DNA from: Lama guanicoe
Lineage: Eukaryota
Reading direction: 5' to 3'
Length of the DNA stretch: 64,000 bases
NCBI GenBank assembly: GCA_013239625.1
Contig: MU054323.1
Location: forward strand, 1,302,001 to 1,366,000
Both the position numbers and the translations under genes were made by a program. Position 1 is the stretch's first letter; each line of letters starts with the position of its first letter. Positions 37,065-50,982 of the stretch are shown piece by piece. The notes beneath the pieces are model-generated. The model ran no database searches, was not told where the DNA came from, and saw only the letters and a program-made list of their open reading frames with translations.

Positions 37065-37925
37065 AAATTCATTTCTATAAGCAGAATTTTGCACATTTGG
37101 TCCTTTTGACTGAAAAGCCTAAAAAAAGCCCTGCTTACCTCTGAAGACCCTCCTCAAATTACACAACTCCCACGAAGCCATCCTACTCCCTTACCTGACA
37201 AAGCAAGCCATTCCCTTTTTAAAGCCCCTGTCTCATTTGGTGCAAGCTTTGATTAACAGTGTAATTATTTGCTTACATAGCTAACTCTTCAAGTGTCCTG
37301 GGACAATACTGTCTTTAAATCCAGGCAAGCAGACCCTCCTCCCTTAAAGTGCCTTCTTGGAAATTTCTTAAATCTTTCTCCAGTGTATGGTAGTAGGCAG
37401 AGTGGGCTGTGCTCTCAGACCCCAACATCCTGAGCCCTGAGCTGAAATCACACGGGCTGCATCCCATCTCCCACTTGGAGAGCTTTCTGATTTCTAACCC
37501 CCAGCATGACATTGATCAGATGTCCCAAGATTTGAACTTTCCCAACTTGGCTCTGTCATTAATTTGTTCTAATGATGGCTTTACATAAATTAATGCGGAC
37601 TTCAATCTCTTAATCTTGAAATTACAGAACTGAACCCTAGATAATATTTGAGATATCTTTCAGATATGAGAATCCATGATCTTCTATTCATCTACTAATC
37701 CTATTACCCTAATTGATTGAAAATGTAATTATTCATAAGGAATAAACACCATATCCTAATGGTGCATCAATAAATACTAACACCTGGAAAATGAAATATT
37801 TGCCATAATGTTTAAATTAATAATGAAACAAAGATACATGCATATTATGTTTGGGGGATATACTCTCAATGATACATCTCCTAGGATTTTTTCCTCTGAT
37901 TTTCTAAAATGTATTTTAATGATTT

Positions 37926-38374
37926 TGAAGGGGAGTAGAATGTGCCATCCCAAAATACGCCACTTTGGAATGTTGATTATTTTGAGCTGAAGACAATCAA
38001 GACCAAGCCAACTCTCCCTTAACTACCTAAAAGAATTTAGATAGGGGACCTGTATCAGAAATAGAACTATTACCAGGGATAACTTTTTTACCTGAAAAAC
38101 CAATCTGCGTGGCAGGGCAAACTTCTAATTACCAAATATTTGCACTTCTTATTTTCCTGTGATTACCCTTCTCCCCTTTGAAGCCCCAGGCCACTCTCTT
38201 TAGCTCAAGATGGCATATAAGCTTAAATTTCTCAACTTATATGTCAGTTTTGTATCTTCAGAACTTTCATACAAATGAAATTGAATTTCTCTTTAATCTG
38301 TCTTATGCCAATTTAATTATTAGACCAGGCAAAAAGCCTAGAAAGAAAGAGGGGAAAATGTTTCCACCTCTATA
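37926..38374 (+). mobile_element. ERV1 solo LTR (MER34-like) with 4-bp TSD ATTT
   Basis: Start 'tgaaggggagtagaatgtgccatcccaaaatacgccactttgg...gattattttgagctgaagacaat'. ATTT at 37922-37925 and 38375-38378. Confidence 0.8.
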
Positions 38375-39514
38375 ATTTATTGTTAACCATTAGGTGAATT
38401 TAATTTAAGTTTAAGATTAATAATTTAGGGCATGAGGTTTTAATAATCATATTTTTCTTTTATGAGGATTCTAAAAATCTAGTATTTAAAATGGATATAA
38501 GCAGATATTAAATATGACAAATATGAAAAATAACAATCCTGACATTTATTATGACACAAAAACAGCTACACTGCCAACACATGGATAAAGATAAACAAAC
38601 ACGTTGACAGAATTGGCAGTTAAAAGATAATGTAAAACAATTCATATTTTCAACACTAACCATGCAATGTTTTATTTGATTACTTAACAATAATTTTGCA
38701 ATTAGTCCCATAATGTAATTTCTGTATCTGTATGCAATAGTTTAGAAGAAAAATGGATATCAGAAAGAAAATTTAAAAAGTGGGAAAAAGCTAAAAGAAT
38801 ACAAGGGCAAAGGAACTAAAAAGTAAACCTGAGCGAAAGAACAAAGATCCACCACTCAATCCCATCTTTTCAATGTACAGGCAAGTTAACCCTTCATAAT
38901 ATTCAAGTTAAGTTGGCAAAATCAAGGCATGATAACTGTTTTCTTATAGGGTACTTGATAGAGTAATTTGGTTAAACATTAAACAATATTCTTTAAATAC
39001 AATATTTAATATGACTATTTTGCATATATATAATTCAAGTTATATTAAAATTAATTTTATATATTTTGTGTAATAAGGAAGGAAAACAAGTAGTTTGAGA
39101 AAATAAAATTGGTCTCTGGCTATGGGTTAGTAAATGATACAGTAAATGAATTTGTAAAAGTTCCTCTGCCTTTCATGCAGATGTCCCAGCTGGCAGAATA
39201 ATTTACCTTCACCAGAGTGTGTCCCTTACCTCTCAAAGCTCTATTAACATTCACACTGGCCCTTATTGTGCATCGGTGGTGTCTCACAACTATGAGCTAT
39301 TGTAAAAACATTGAGGACTGCTTACCTCTGGAGGAGCCGAAATATTTTAAGATATTTCTGTTTCACACAGGGTGAAGTTAAGAGATCCTAACACTTAGGC
39401 TTCATTAGCTTCGGAGAGGAACCTGCTTCTGATTGATTGTTAGAAAACGTTATCTCCTCTGACTAATTATACAGCTAGAGCTGTGGCCTTTTTTTATTTT
39501 CAGGAACTTTCATC

Positions 39515-39568
39515 TTTTTTTTTTTTTTTAATGGAGGTACTGGGAATTGAATCCAGGATCTCATGCAT
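39515..39568 (-). mobile_element. 5'-truncated tRNA-derived SINE with poly-A tail (camelid-type)
   Basis: Reverse strand reads ATGCATGAGATCCTGGATTCAATTCCCAGTACCTCCATT(A)15, with a B-box-like GGATTCAATTCC. The '...cccagtacctccatt(A)n' tail is the one I associate with camel/alpaca SINEs. Confidence 0.7.
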
Positions 39569-42464
39569 AACGTGTGGAGTTACCTGCTCTGTTGGAGAGA
39601 TCAAGAGCCCAATCAACCTTTTAAAACCAAGGAGTAACGCCAAGACTACTTCTCTAAACCTGGTCTCCACTGAGAGAGTGCCTTGGAGTTTCACCTTAGG
39701 CATCAAAGGGGGGTTATTTTCACTCCTTGTAAGAAAACCCCCTAACTACATTCCTGTCCATTTAAAGTACATCCATAATTTATCAAGCCCCATACCAAAG
39801 GAAGTTGGCGAGTCATACAACATTGAGGATTGGAACCTATTTATATCAGCTGGTAGCCTTGCAGGGAGTTAAGAAATACAAAATATATGTGTGTTAATTT
39901 ACATGTAGAAGTAATGCTTATGGAATGTTAAGCAATGTAGCCTTAAAAGGATGCATCAAAATGTTCCCACTGGTGTGCTAAGTACTGAACTGCAGTGTTT
40001 AAGGGAGGCGACACAGATCCAAATTTAAGATGAAGTGTTGATTACAGTCAACAAAGAGGAAAACTGTAAATGCAAAACATTATCCCAGGGTTCCCTTTGT
40101 AAAAACTTTCTGTGCCTTTTCCTTTTCTGTATTTTCAGTTGTACTTTTCTTAAGCCAGCTCTTCCTTTCCCTTCTTGGTGCTAAGTAATGATATCACAGT
40201 GATACTACAGTGCTAACATCTGAAATTGCATGTGCTCCTAAATGCTGGTGAAAGAAATCTCAAAAGTATATGAGAGACAAAATGTTTCTCTCTCCCTACA
40301 GGTGCAGAAATAATATTATTCTGCCACATTCAGCTAGTTCTGATAAAACGGTCCATGGAGAAGATCTACAAAAGTATCGATCTGGTACTCCCATCAAATA
40401 TATGTGAAAAAGTGTAATCCATTCTGTGTTAGGTTATTAAAACTGTTCTTGGAAGTGTTAGTTGTGAGTCCTTGGGGACACCTGGACTTTAGAAGTTATT
40501 GCTCTGCCCTGAGAAATATAACCTGTTAGCCCTCCAAGTTTGTGATTCTGATTGTCAGTGTTTCAATTATCATTTGCCCTGGTAATAATATTCAAATTGA
40601 TATCCTTGTTTCCTGAAAGTATAAATAGTTGTGAGGATTCCTTTTTAAGCCAGAGGAGCACTTTTGGAATTCCCTTTATTCTCCCCTTACCAATAAACAT
40701 CACAATAATACCATGAAAATGCTGAATTCTTTATTCAAAAAGTTCAAGAATCCTTGTCTCATTTCAATAAAATCTAGTATATCCTGGGGCATTCTGAATT
40801 ACAATAACAAAGGCAAAAGTCCTGAGACCATGTAATTTTTAAAATGCTGAAGGGAAGTAATAATGTTTAGCAAATAATATATTTAGGGAAAACATACATA
40901 GCATCTTGAAGCCTGGAGGTTGACTGAAAACAGAGTATACCTTGAACGTCTCTTTCACTTTAACATGAATTCCCAGTACCTATTTGCAAAACCATGTTCA
41001 TCTATAGCATGCCAGTCCCTCATGGGAATCTCCTGATTTACAGATGAGCAAATTAGAGAGCAATGGGGTTAAGTAAGAATGTCAGAATCACACATAAAGG
41101 AGAAAAAGAAGAAGATATTAAGCTGCCAAGTACTAATTTCTGGGTGTGTGACCCAGCAGTTTCTTCTGAAGGAATACAATTAACTCCATTTGAGATTTTA
41201 TCTAGTTTACTAATGACTCAGTTCTAGGGGTAGAGGGAAAAACTCTAAAATGTTACAGAAATAGACACAGTCAAATGGAAGGGGAATCCTTTGCTGTGTG
41301 ACTCATAATGAGCCTTTTTCTAGATCACTCATAATAGCTATCATTTTACTTTGCTTTTCTTATTTCAAATAGTATAAAGGACAAGTGTTTTAATAGTTTC
41401 TTTCATATATATCTTTTCTTCCTATTATCTAATTTTACATTGCACTATACTCAGAATTAATATTAGTTCTCCTACCCTCAGTTTTAACTAAGCATAACAT
41501 TTCTATAAGTATATTGCCTTAAAATAAATTCTGTTATCCATGCAGCATTATTGATGCTTTCATAAAATGACATTTTGAAGGAGAAAATACAGGTGTATCA
41601 TGAGGCAGAATTGGAAAGCTACTTCAATCTTCAATTAGAAGAAAAATTTTAGAAAAATAAAAAAGTGATTACTTGTTACTTTAATTTCTTCTTTCTGTTA
41701 ACTACAATGAGAAAGAAAAAGATGATTAGCTAAACCAAATCCATATTTCAAGTAATCAGGGAGAAGAATGACTCAATTGCCCAGCCAACTGATAAGAAAC
41801 GCAATTGTGTTTTCAGATGTTAATTTGACCTTATTGAGTCAAATCATCCATTCCATAGGACAAGACACAAATTAGGAAAGGCCCTTGTGGAGTGTGTCTG
41901 GAAGCTGAAAAAATAGACACAGACAGAAATGACACAATGTGCTGTGACTGGAAGTAGTGCTGTAATTGAGGAAAATACTGTAGGAACATAGAGGAGGGAG
42001 GCATTATTTTTGTTTGGGGGTAACAAGGCAAGGATAAGAAAAAACTTCAAGGTGACAGTGTTTTCTACTACCCTGTCCAAATTATCCCTTGCTGTGGTAG
42101 ATAGGTTAATAGAAAAATTACTTACAATACTATGTATTGTGGCACAAGCGGTAAGCTCTTCTCTCATCAAGATTTAACAAAGCTGAATGGTTAAGCGGTG
42201 CATTCTGTTACAGTTACTGCCTGCTGACTCAAGTGGAAACCTCCATTAACTAGCTGTAACCTGTACGTCAAATTTTATGTTTCACCAAGTGACTTTCTAC
42301 TTACTACACCCCAGGAGAATATTCTGGACTTTCCTTCCCTGTGTATAATTTCACCATTTCTTCTGTTTTAAATGTCCCTTCCTAATCCTGTTTTTGTCTG
42401 TCATAATTACTGATCTCTCATTCTATATAACTCAAATGCTATGTTGTCCATTTTTCTATTCATC

Positions 42465-43022
42465 TGTGGTGGATTAACAACGCCATAAGTCCCTTGCCGC
42501 TCCCCTACCAAGAGCGAGGGTCTACTTATCCCTCAAATCTGGACCGAGCCTGTGACTATTTTGACCAATAGAATACAGCAGATACAACAGTGCATGAGTT
42601 TTGGACCCCGCCTTTAACAGAAATGGCAGCTTCTTCATCCTCCCTCACCGTATGCTCCATCAGGGGGAAGCCAGCTGCCAAGTAAGAAGTCCAACTCTCC
42701 TACTATGCCATGAGGAAGCCTGAGCTATCCATGTGGAGAAGCCACATTTACAGAGTGAGATGACTGGCCAGCCCCTAGCTGTTCGCAACATCCCAGCTGA
42801 GGCACTAGACGTGTGAGTGAAGAATATGTCTTGAACTACTAGCCTCGCTGTATCTTTAGACAGCTGCATTACCAGCTGCTACCTCACTGCGGCCCTGTGA
42901 GACTCCAAGCAAGAGTGGCTCAGCTGAGCTGTCAACCCATAGTAAAGTTAGAGATAATAACTTGTTTGTTAAAAGTCATTAAATTTTGGAATGGTTTGTA
43001 ATACAGCGATAATTGGAATACT
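42465..43022 (+). mobile_element. MaLR solo LTR (MLT1G/H-like)
   Basis: 'tgtggtggattaacaa...gcctgtgactattttgaccaatagaatacagcag...gaagccagctgcca...cagctgagctgtcaaccca...gagataataa...taaattttggaatggtttgtaatacagc'. Confidence 0.85.
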
Positions 43023-43029
43023 ATGCAAA

Positions 43030-43280
43030 AAGTATACATTGAAAAACTATGGAAACAGCAAAAAGATCGGTGGTTGCCAGACTTGGAGAGGAGAAAAGGA
43101 TAAACAGGTAGAGCACAAGGGATTTTTAAGGCAGTGAAACTCCTCTGTATGTTTCAATAATGGTGGATTCATATCATTGTACATTAGTTGAACCCACAGA
43201 ACATACAACACTAGGAGGAAACCTTAATGTAAACTACGGACTTGGGGTGATAATCCTGTCAATGTTGGGTCATGAATTGC
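43030..43280 (+). mobile_element. L1MC-type 3'UTR fragment
   Basis: 'aaaactatggaaacagcaaaaagatcggtggttgccag...aaccttaatgtaaactacggacttggggtgataat'. Confidence 0.8.
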
Positions 43281-44224
43281 TTCCCAAATAAATCCTCAAT
43301 CCCATAACCTGCACAGGATGAGATATTTCAACTAGAAAGGATGTCTAACATTGCGGGTTTGGTAGAGTTTTGGAAAGAGTAAAGACAGACTTAGTCATGG
43401 AAGAATTTTTTTATGGGAAGTGTGGAGTATATGGTTTTAAAAGGTTTCTAAAGAACTCAGAGCCATTTTTTTCCTTTTTATTTATTCTTGTTCACTTTGT
43501 ATTTAATGTTGCCCCTGACTTTTGATACATTTAAAGTCCTTTTTTCCTAAATAATAACGTTTTATTTCCTCTGCTTCATTTCTATGTTTTTTACAATAAA
43601 TTGTATATATTTTTATAATAAGAGATTGTTTTCATATTATTGGTGATATTAAAATATTTAAAACTTTATTGGTAATAAATTGGTAATAAAGTTTCAAATA
43701 GAACTTTCAATCAGAAATATTGTTTCTACAGCAGCAGAATAGGTAACAAATACTTCAAAACAAAAATTTATTATACACAATACAATCTTGTGATTTGTAT
43801 TAATTATAGAAAATATTACAACTAATAGTAATCTAGATAAATTAAATCAGAAAATAAAAATACTCTAAAGTAAATAGCTTAAATTCTTTTAGATAAATAT
43901 AAACATATAGTGCTAGTGAATATTTCTTATATTTGATTTGCTTAAGTAGGACACAATTTTATTAAGGTAAGCTGTTTGTTTTAAACTTTCTAGGTATATA
44001 ACTATAATCAATTTACTTAGTCATGGAAATGATAATATTTACTTCATAGGGAATTTAAAAGAATGAATATGGACAAAACACCTAACTGCCTGACAGACAG
44101 TAAGGTCAGTATTAATGAGAGTTCTTTAAGGTGAGCTTTTTAAAATTAATTTACATTCTGCTTTCTCTTCCAAATCTGCCATCGTTACAAATGCAAAACG
44201 TTTTTAGGCACTTTACAAAAAAAA

Positions 44225-44800
44225 GGTCTACAAAGTACCAACAAGCACATGAAAAAGGGCTTGAAAATCATCAGTCATCATAGAATGCAAATTAAAACTA
44301 CAGTGAGCTATCACTATATCTTCAAGAATGGCTAAAGGGAAAACAAATGTTGGAAAGGATGTGGAAAAACTGGAACTGGCAAACATTGCTGGTAGGAACG
44401 TAAGACAGTACAACTTCTTTGGGAAACTGTTTTGAAGCTTCTCAAAAAGTTAAACATAAATCTACTCTATGACTTCTAGGTATTCATTTAAGGAAAATGA
44501 AAGATATGCCCCCCTGTACAAAAATGTTCATAGTAGCTTTATTAATTAGAGCCATCATCTAGCTCACAGATACACAAACTTTGGCATATGCATACAATGC
44601 AATGCCACTCAGCAACAGAAAAGAATAGATAATTGATATACACAACAGATGACTCTCCAAAGTATTATGCTGAGTGAAAACCTAGGCACAAATAGCATAT
44701 GCTGTATTATTACATTTATATAATATTCTAGAATAACCAAAACTAACCTATGGTGATAGAAACCAGGTCAGGTGGTTTCTTCCTTGGTTGTGTACATGTG
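44225..44800 (+). mobile_element. Old L1 (L1MB/L1ME) 3' fragment
   Basis: 'aacaagcacatgaaaa...atgcaaattaaaactacagtgag...ctttgggaaactgttt...aaaatgttcatagtagctttatt'. Confidence 0.85.
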
Positions 44801-44849
44801 AATGCAGAGAGGGAAAAGAGAGTGGGACTTGCCAGAAGTTTGTAAATTT

Positions 44850-45600
44850 TTTTTTTTTATTATGAGGAGAAAAGTGAGTGGGTCTCTTCATAGTAATAGT
44901 TTTTGTTTGTTTTGTTTTTGAAGACTCTTCTTATCTTTATTAGACTTGGTTTATCATATTGATCAATATTATTAATGTCATTCTTTATCATTTTAATATA
45001 GTATTCTAACATAAGCTTTCCCTTTCGTACCACCTTTGGCTTCATTTTCTATAGCTTGCTCTCAAACGTAATTTATTCCTAAATAGTTTGTCAATTCAAT
45101 TAGGCCTCTTCTTTTAACTGAGAGTTATAAAAAACATTGTTGTTTTTGCTTTCTTTTATCTATTTGACTTTCTAATTCTTTGGTTGCCCTTCTCAGTTTT
45201 ACTACATTGGGACTAAATAATTTGGCCTAAACAATTTCTACTTTTTAAAATATATTAAGATATTTTTGAAACTTAACATATGTTCAACTTTGTACCTGCT
45301 CCATAGGTATCTGAAAGAATATATATCATCTGTGTATATTTATTTAAACAAGTTTAATAATTTTTGTTCAGATGCTCTATAACCGTATATATAAGACCTA
45401 TCTGGGTCTCCTTTTCATTGTACATTTAATAATGTTTTATATTTCAATTTTATGTTGCCTGATGAATAAAAGTTTGTGTCTGTTATATCTTATTGATAGA
45501 TCATGAAATTTATTGATATAAAATATGCTTATTTGCCTCATTTAATGCAGTGTAAGAAGGAAAACCACCTGAAGTCATGCAGCTTAATGGGATTAAAACT
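44850..45600 (-). mobile_element. Very old L1 fragment, antisense
   Basis: T-rich, with 'aacttaacatatgttcaactttgtacctgctccataggtatctgaaagaatatatatc' resembling antisense ORF2. Confidence 0.55.
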
Positions 45601-47519
45601 ACAACTGTCTTCATAACATTATTATTTGGCTATCAGTATTAATACAAGTTTTCTATTCCAGGGTGTCCAAAAGAAGTTTCCCAAATGTATTTTTCAAGTT
45701 ACTTATTTCAAGAAACTAGGTCTTTGGAAAACACTTATCAAGGATAATCTTGTACTATTTCCTACACAAAATCAATGAGAAATAAAACTAATGGCTGAAC
45801 TTTATTCCTAAAGTTATAGAATTGAAAAAATCAATTTCAAAGATGATTCTGATTTCATATTATATAAAATAAACAAACACAATTATATAGGACTGGATCT
45901 ATTGTTAGATTCCACTGTTTTATTCTTGGCCCTAACATACTAAGAGTCCTCTATCCTGCTCATTATTAAAAGAGAAGTTCTCAAGATTTTTACTTGGAGT
46001 AAATCCTAGCCCCTGGCTGCTTTGAATAAAGATGATTCTCCTCTATAAGGAATCATTCAATCAATGGCCCTGGTATTGCCTTAAGGGCCTTCTTGATTTA
46101 TACTTGATCCTAAGTTAAGTGTTTCTTCAGGATTCCTCTGGTTAAAAACCATTCTCACCTTTGCAACTGGTTTCTTCTATCCATGTCTATGTCTGTTTTG
46201 GGTTATATAATTGCCTTTGTCAGTCCGATCCCACCTGCTTTCTATAAATCAAAAATTATGCAAAATATCTGGAATATGAGATGCAGATATCCATATGGAT
46301 ATGGAATGCTTTCTTGATTTTCAATAGTATTGTAGAACACACATACCCTCAAACACATACACACAATTTCAAGAGGACTAAAGAATCTTAGAAGGGTGGT
46401 AGGTCTTAGGAGAGATCTGAACAGGACCAGCATCGTGACTAAGTCAAGGAGCCAGTGTTCTGTTCATATTATGTTGGTTTTATGCTTTTTGTGAGATTTT
46501 GCAAAACAGGGCCTTAGAGGAAAAAAACATGTGTGCTCAGTATGCCATCTTGAACTTGAAATATGAATCAATCGCTGGTATTTTAAATGGGTCTTTCTTC
46601 TTTATTCATTCTGGTTATAATCCCTTTAGAAATCTCATAAAATATCAGAATTGGTTATTTTAAAACATGCATGACTCTGACATCTGTGTTCTATGTAAAA
46701 TCAGCCAAAAAAATCTTTGTAATTTACTGATGTGGATGATCCTCTAGATATGGCTAAATTAAAAGAAGGATATTAACAGTTTCCCAGATGGAAAAAAAGA
46801 GTTTTGTGGGCTTAAAGACAAATAATTATAATTCTCCAAATGTTCCCGTGTATTTGCATTTGCTTGTTGACTGGTTTTTATCACACAATAAAACTAACAG
46901 CCTTCTGCAAGCAAATACGATAGAAAACAATCTTCACTGAGAAAAAATATAAAAATATAAATTGCTACATGTGGCAAAGTTTTATTGAAACATTTTGGCA
47001 ATTTCTACTTGCCAAATCAGAATTGAAAGAGGCCTACTGGGACATGAAAACAACATTTGCTGAAAGCAGAATACATTCTAAATGATGACAGGACTTAGTA
47101 TTTTGGCTTTAAGTATTTGTTACTTCAAAATGCATACTACCCATTTATAAATGGGTGTACATACATCTACAGAATCAAAATAAAACTTCTTTTCTAGAGA
47201 GTTTTCTACTATTCCAACAGTCCAGTATAGCAAAATAGTATTTTCAGTGTATCTTATGATTTAAAAAAAAATCCACATCACCTGGAGTCTCAGAAAAGTA
47301 TTCACTTTAATAAAATAAGCAGACAATAATATGATAAATGTAAACCCATTGTGTTCATGGAGCTGATAACAAACTTTTGTCTTCATGGCACCCACAAGCT
47401 TCAAATTCTTTTCTTTAGCATTTAAGGCTCTCCTAATTTGAGATTTTATCTCTTCTACTTCGCTTGTCTCTCATTACTTTCAAACATAAATAAATTTTTT
47501 AATCTAGGAAACTATTTTC

Positions 47520-47700
47520 CCCACTTGTTCATTCATTGGTTTATTCATTCAATAAATGTTCATTAAGCCCTCACTATGTATCAGTCACAGCTTTAGGCAC
47601 TGGGGATACATCGGTGAAATGACAGATGAAAATTCCTGCTCTCATGGAGTTTATATTCTCGTGGGGTCAGCAGAAGACAGACATTAAAGCATAAACTTAA
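47520..47700. mobile_element. L2 3' end
   Basis: 'ttcattcaataaatgttcattaagccctcactatgtatcagtcacagctttaggcactggggataca...cctgctctcatggagtttatattct'. Confidence 0.8.
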
Positions 47701-47779
47701 TAAGTATGTAAATTATATGTCAGAAGCCAAAGATTATAGAAGTTACCCAGAATAAGTGCTATCAGGAATATATGGGAAG

Positions 47780-48334
47780 AGGGAGGGGAGCAATCGATCC
47801 AGCTCAAGCCTTTGGCTTCCAGTAAACCCCTAAGGGTCTTTCATCCTTTACACCAGGACATGCTAGATGTCTGGATTAGGGGTGAGTGATAGGCTTGTCC
47901 CTACGAAGATAAGGCTTCAAGCTGGCAGCTTAACAGATGCATCATGGTGCTCCCAGCCAGGGCAGAGAGAACACTCACTATGCCCTGTCGCAAGAGGCTA
48001 AAGGACAAGCACACCAAGGCCCCTGCTGTGTTCAGAGGGCACCACAGGTCTAATAAAAGGGCACTGAAAGGGAGGCTCTATGGCCAAAACAACAGGGGCA
48101 CTGGAGTGGGCACTTAAGCACTTATTTGAGAGGCAGCAGAAAGTGAGACCCAGCATGAATCAAGGCTCCAAACCTCAGTGCATACTCAGTTGTCCCATCA
48201 GACTTCACTTACAAACCACAAATTTAAAGACAGAATTATTAAGAATTTCAAGATAGCAACCACAGAAGCACAGGGCTCTTCTGAACATGGCTCTTATGTA
48301 CTACATTGACCACATACCCATGAAGCCTGTCCTG
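47780..48334 (-). mobile_element. MER45-family hAT-Tip100 DNA transposon (left boundary uncertain)
   Basis: Right end 'aattattaagaatttcaagatagcaacc...cacatacccatgaagcctgtcctg' is the reverse complement of the MER45 terminus. Confidence 0.7.
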
Positions 48335-49722
48335 CTCCAGATACATAAAAATACAACTGTATAACACCATCTATAGATAGTTTCTAAAAGCTAGGAGGGG
48401 TTCAGTTCTCCCTGGAGAAATGGCTGACTCCAGGTCTGGGCCAGGGAAAGTACAAGTTGAACATGGGCCACCTAGTGCCAGAAAGCAAGAAAGTACTCAA
48501 AGACTAAAAGAAATGTAACAAATGGGCATAAGAGCCGGTGTCAACGTGCTCCCATTCCCCACATTTAGGATAACTTGGGCATCAAAATCAGTAACTGTAG
48601 TTGTTACAATACATTGAATAAATAAAAATTCATGAGAGCGGTATGATACTCAAAAAGAAAGTAAGAAAGAGAGGAGAGGAAAGAAGGAAAGAACACAGGT
48701 AGGCAGGGAGGGAAAGTGGATAGAAAGAAACTCACTTGCTTCCACTGGAGGTAACTATTATTCCAACTCCTTACTCTCAAAACTGGTGACTGGAGGGGAA
48801 GTATTTACCCTGCTTTTTAAAGATGAACTACAGTTCACTGCCAGTTGATGAATGAAACTCTTTTTTACAGAAGAATAATGTATAATAAATCTAGAAGGAA
48901 TGATAGTTTTAAAATACCATTAAAAGAAATAGCTCAGTCAAGGATTACCAATGGATACTAAAACCATATAGATAGAAGGTAGAGGGGGAGCAAGATATTC
49001 ACATTGTACTGAAGTTTCTCCCTTCAGATTATCTGCTAACTGCAAAATGGAAAATGTTCTTTTAAAATAGAAAGATCTTATGATTACTGCCTCGACCAAG
49101 CAATCAAACTTAGCATGATACATAGTGTCATTTGATAGGTCCTGATGTGATACAATATACTGTGAAGAACTCTTTGCCAAAATTAATCAACTGAATCTAA
49201 TTAAGCTTTTAGACCTAATCTACTGTTAAAGAAAATTCAGGTGATGGACCAAAAAATTAAAGGACATCATGAAAACAGACAAACCCAAAATAAAGTCATT
49301 CAACTAGGCAACTGATCTGGTCTCTTCAATAATTCGATGTCACAAAAAATAAAATTGGGAGGGTGCTGGTATTTCATACTAAGGGGTCATAATTCAAAAT
49401 TTGACATGACATTTGATAGATTCCAGGTTCAAAAAGGCCAGTTATTATAGCCATTCGTGAATAGCTGGAAAGATTTTAAGTATGTACTAAGCATCAGATA
49501 ATATATGAGAATTGTGAATTGTCTACGTGCAATAATATTATTTTGCCTGTGTGAGAGGATGTCTCTTTTTTTATAAGACATATGCTAAACTGTTTAGCAA
49601 CTTTCTCTGAAATGATTCTGCAAAGAGGCTAAAATGTTAACTGTTGAACCTTGAAGGAAGGCATGTAGGTGTTCACTGTATTATTCTTTCAACTTTTCTG
49701 TGTCGAAAAATTTTTACAATGG
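48335..49722 (+). mobile_element. L1MC4-like 3'UTR
   Basis: 'ctccctggagaaatggctgactccaggtctgggccagggaaagtacaag...gaatctaattaagcttttagacctaa...gtaggtgttcactgtattattctttcaacttttctgtgt'. Confidence 0.8.
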
Positions 49723-50873
49723 AAGTCAAAGTCTTATTAATATACCTTACAAACTTTCTCTTTAACAACTAAAAACTAAAACATTTTTCAGAGAAAATCT
49801 TACAGGGAGGCACAGGAAGTAAAGCAGACAATGACTGAGCTGTTCTCACTGGAGCAGGTTGATGAACTAGGAGTGCATCCCTGTCAGCAACTTCCTTGTC
49901 CCTCGAAGGGACACCTGAAGCAATCAGAGGAACTCAGTTAAAACCCTCTGGCTTAGTAAACCATCTCATAGTGACCAGAAGGGCTGGAATGGCAGCAGAG
50001 TACCAAGTACTTGAGGAAAAGAAAAGCGTGCTCAGAGGGCATAAACAAAGGAGATCGCGAAATAAGAACTTAAAAGGTATTTCACATTCTCATTAAAACC
50101 AGTCCTCTCCTAGGACATTATGGGTCACCTAGGTAAATTTTCACTGAAGCAAATACAGTCAGAAACCCAACTGTAGACAGAAAGAGGCCTCCGGTCTCCA
50201 GGAGGCATTGTCACCAAATCAGTGAAGGATTCACTGTAAAACATACAGCCAAAGTGTATGTTCTTATAAACGGATCCAGAGGAAGGTCTTAGCTTCACAT
50301 GGTCTTTTTAAATAAAAAAGACATATCTTGTATATCTTTTAATATGTAGTTTTAAAATCCAATTGAATTGTACCTTAATTACTTCAAAGTTTTAGACTTG
50401 GTACAGTCTCTTTTATAAAACAGCCCAAGAAGTTTTTATTTACTTTCTATTTGAAAAACATTTCACTTTAAGAAAAAAGCTTAGTATATGTATGCGTGTT
50501 TTAATTATGCTCTGTTCAAAGCATAATTAGATAGCATGAGTTCTAATTAGGTACTGAGCTTTTATTTTCATTCTTTTGTATGCTGTTGAGTATGCACAGC
50601 TGTTTATGTTAAAGACCTGACTCTTTCTTAATTAGTTTCCACCCATTCTGATCTTTCTCTGAAATAATAATCCCCATCATCTACTGTGTACAGATAAATA
50701 TGTGCAATTTTCTAAGAGATAAAGATTTTCAAAGGAATTGAATTTGTGAACTTAATAAAATAGCACTTCTAGGGGTTTTACCTGTGATGCTTGGGTTAAA
50801 GTTTCATAGATCTTTGCCATTATTATGAATGCTTAGGAACTAGTGTTTTTTTTTTTTTTTTTTAATAATTCCA

Positions 50874-50982
50874 NNNNNNNNNNNNNNNNNNNNNNNNNNN
50901 NNNNNNNNNNNNNNNNNNNNNNNNNNNNNNNNNNNNNNNNNNNNNNNNNNNNNNNNNNNNNNNNNNNNNNNNNNNNNNNNNN
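50874..50982. other. Assembly gap (109 N) between poly-T tracts
   Basis: N run read directly. Confidence 1.

Noticed and set aside
40280..40420. Plus-strand acceptor TTTCTCTCTCCCTACAG|G at 40301
   Set aside because: No matching donor and no recognisable reading frame.
3186..43690. Small perfect tandem duplications (~3187 ggcctctcct x2, ~11033 18-mer x2, ~28648 gtgtccctcac x2, ~43668 attggtaataa x2)
   Set aside because: Ordinary replication-slippage duplications with no shared sequence.
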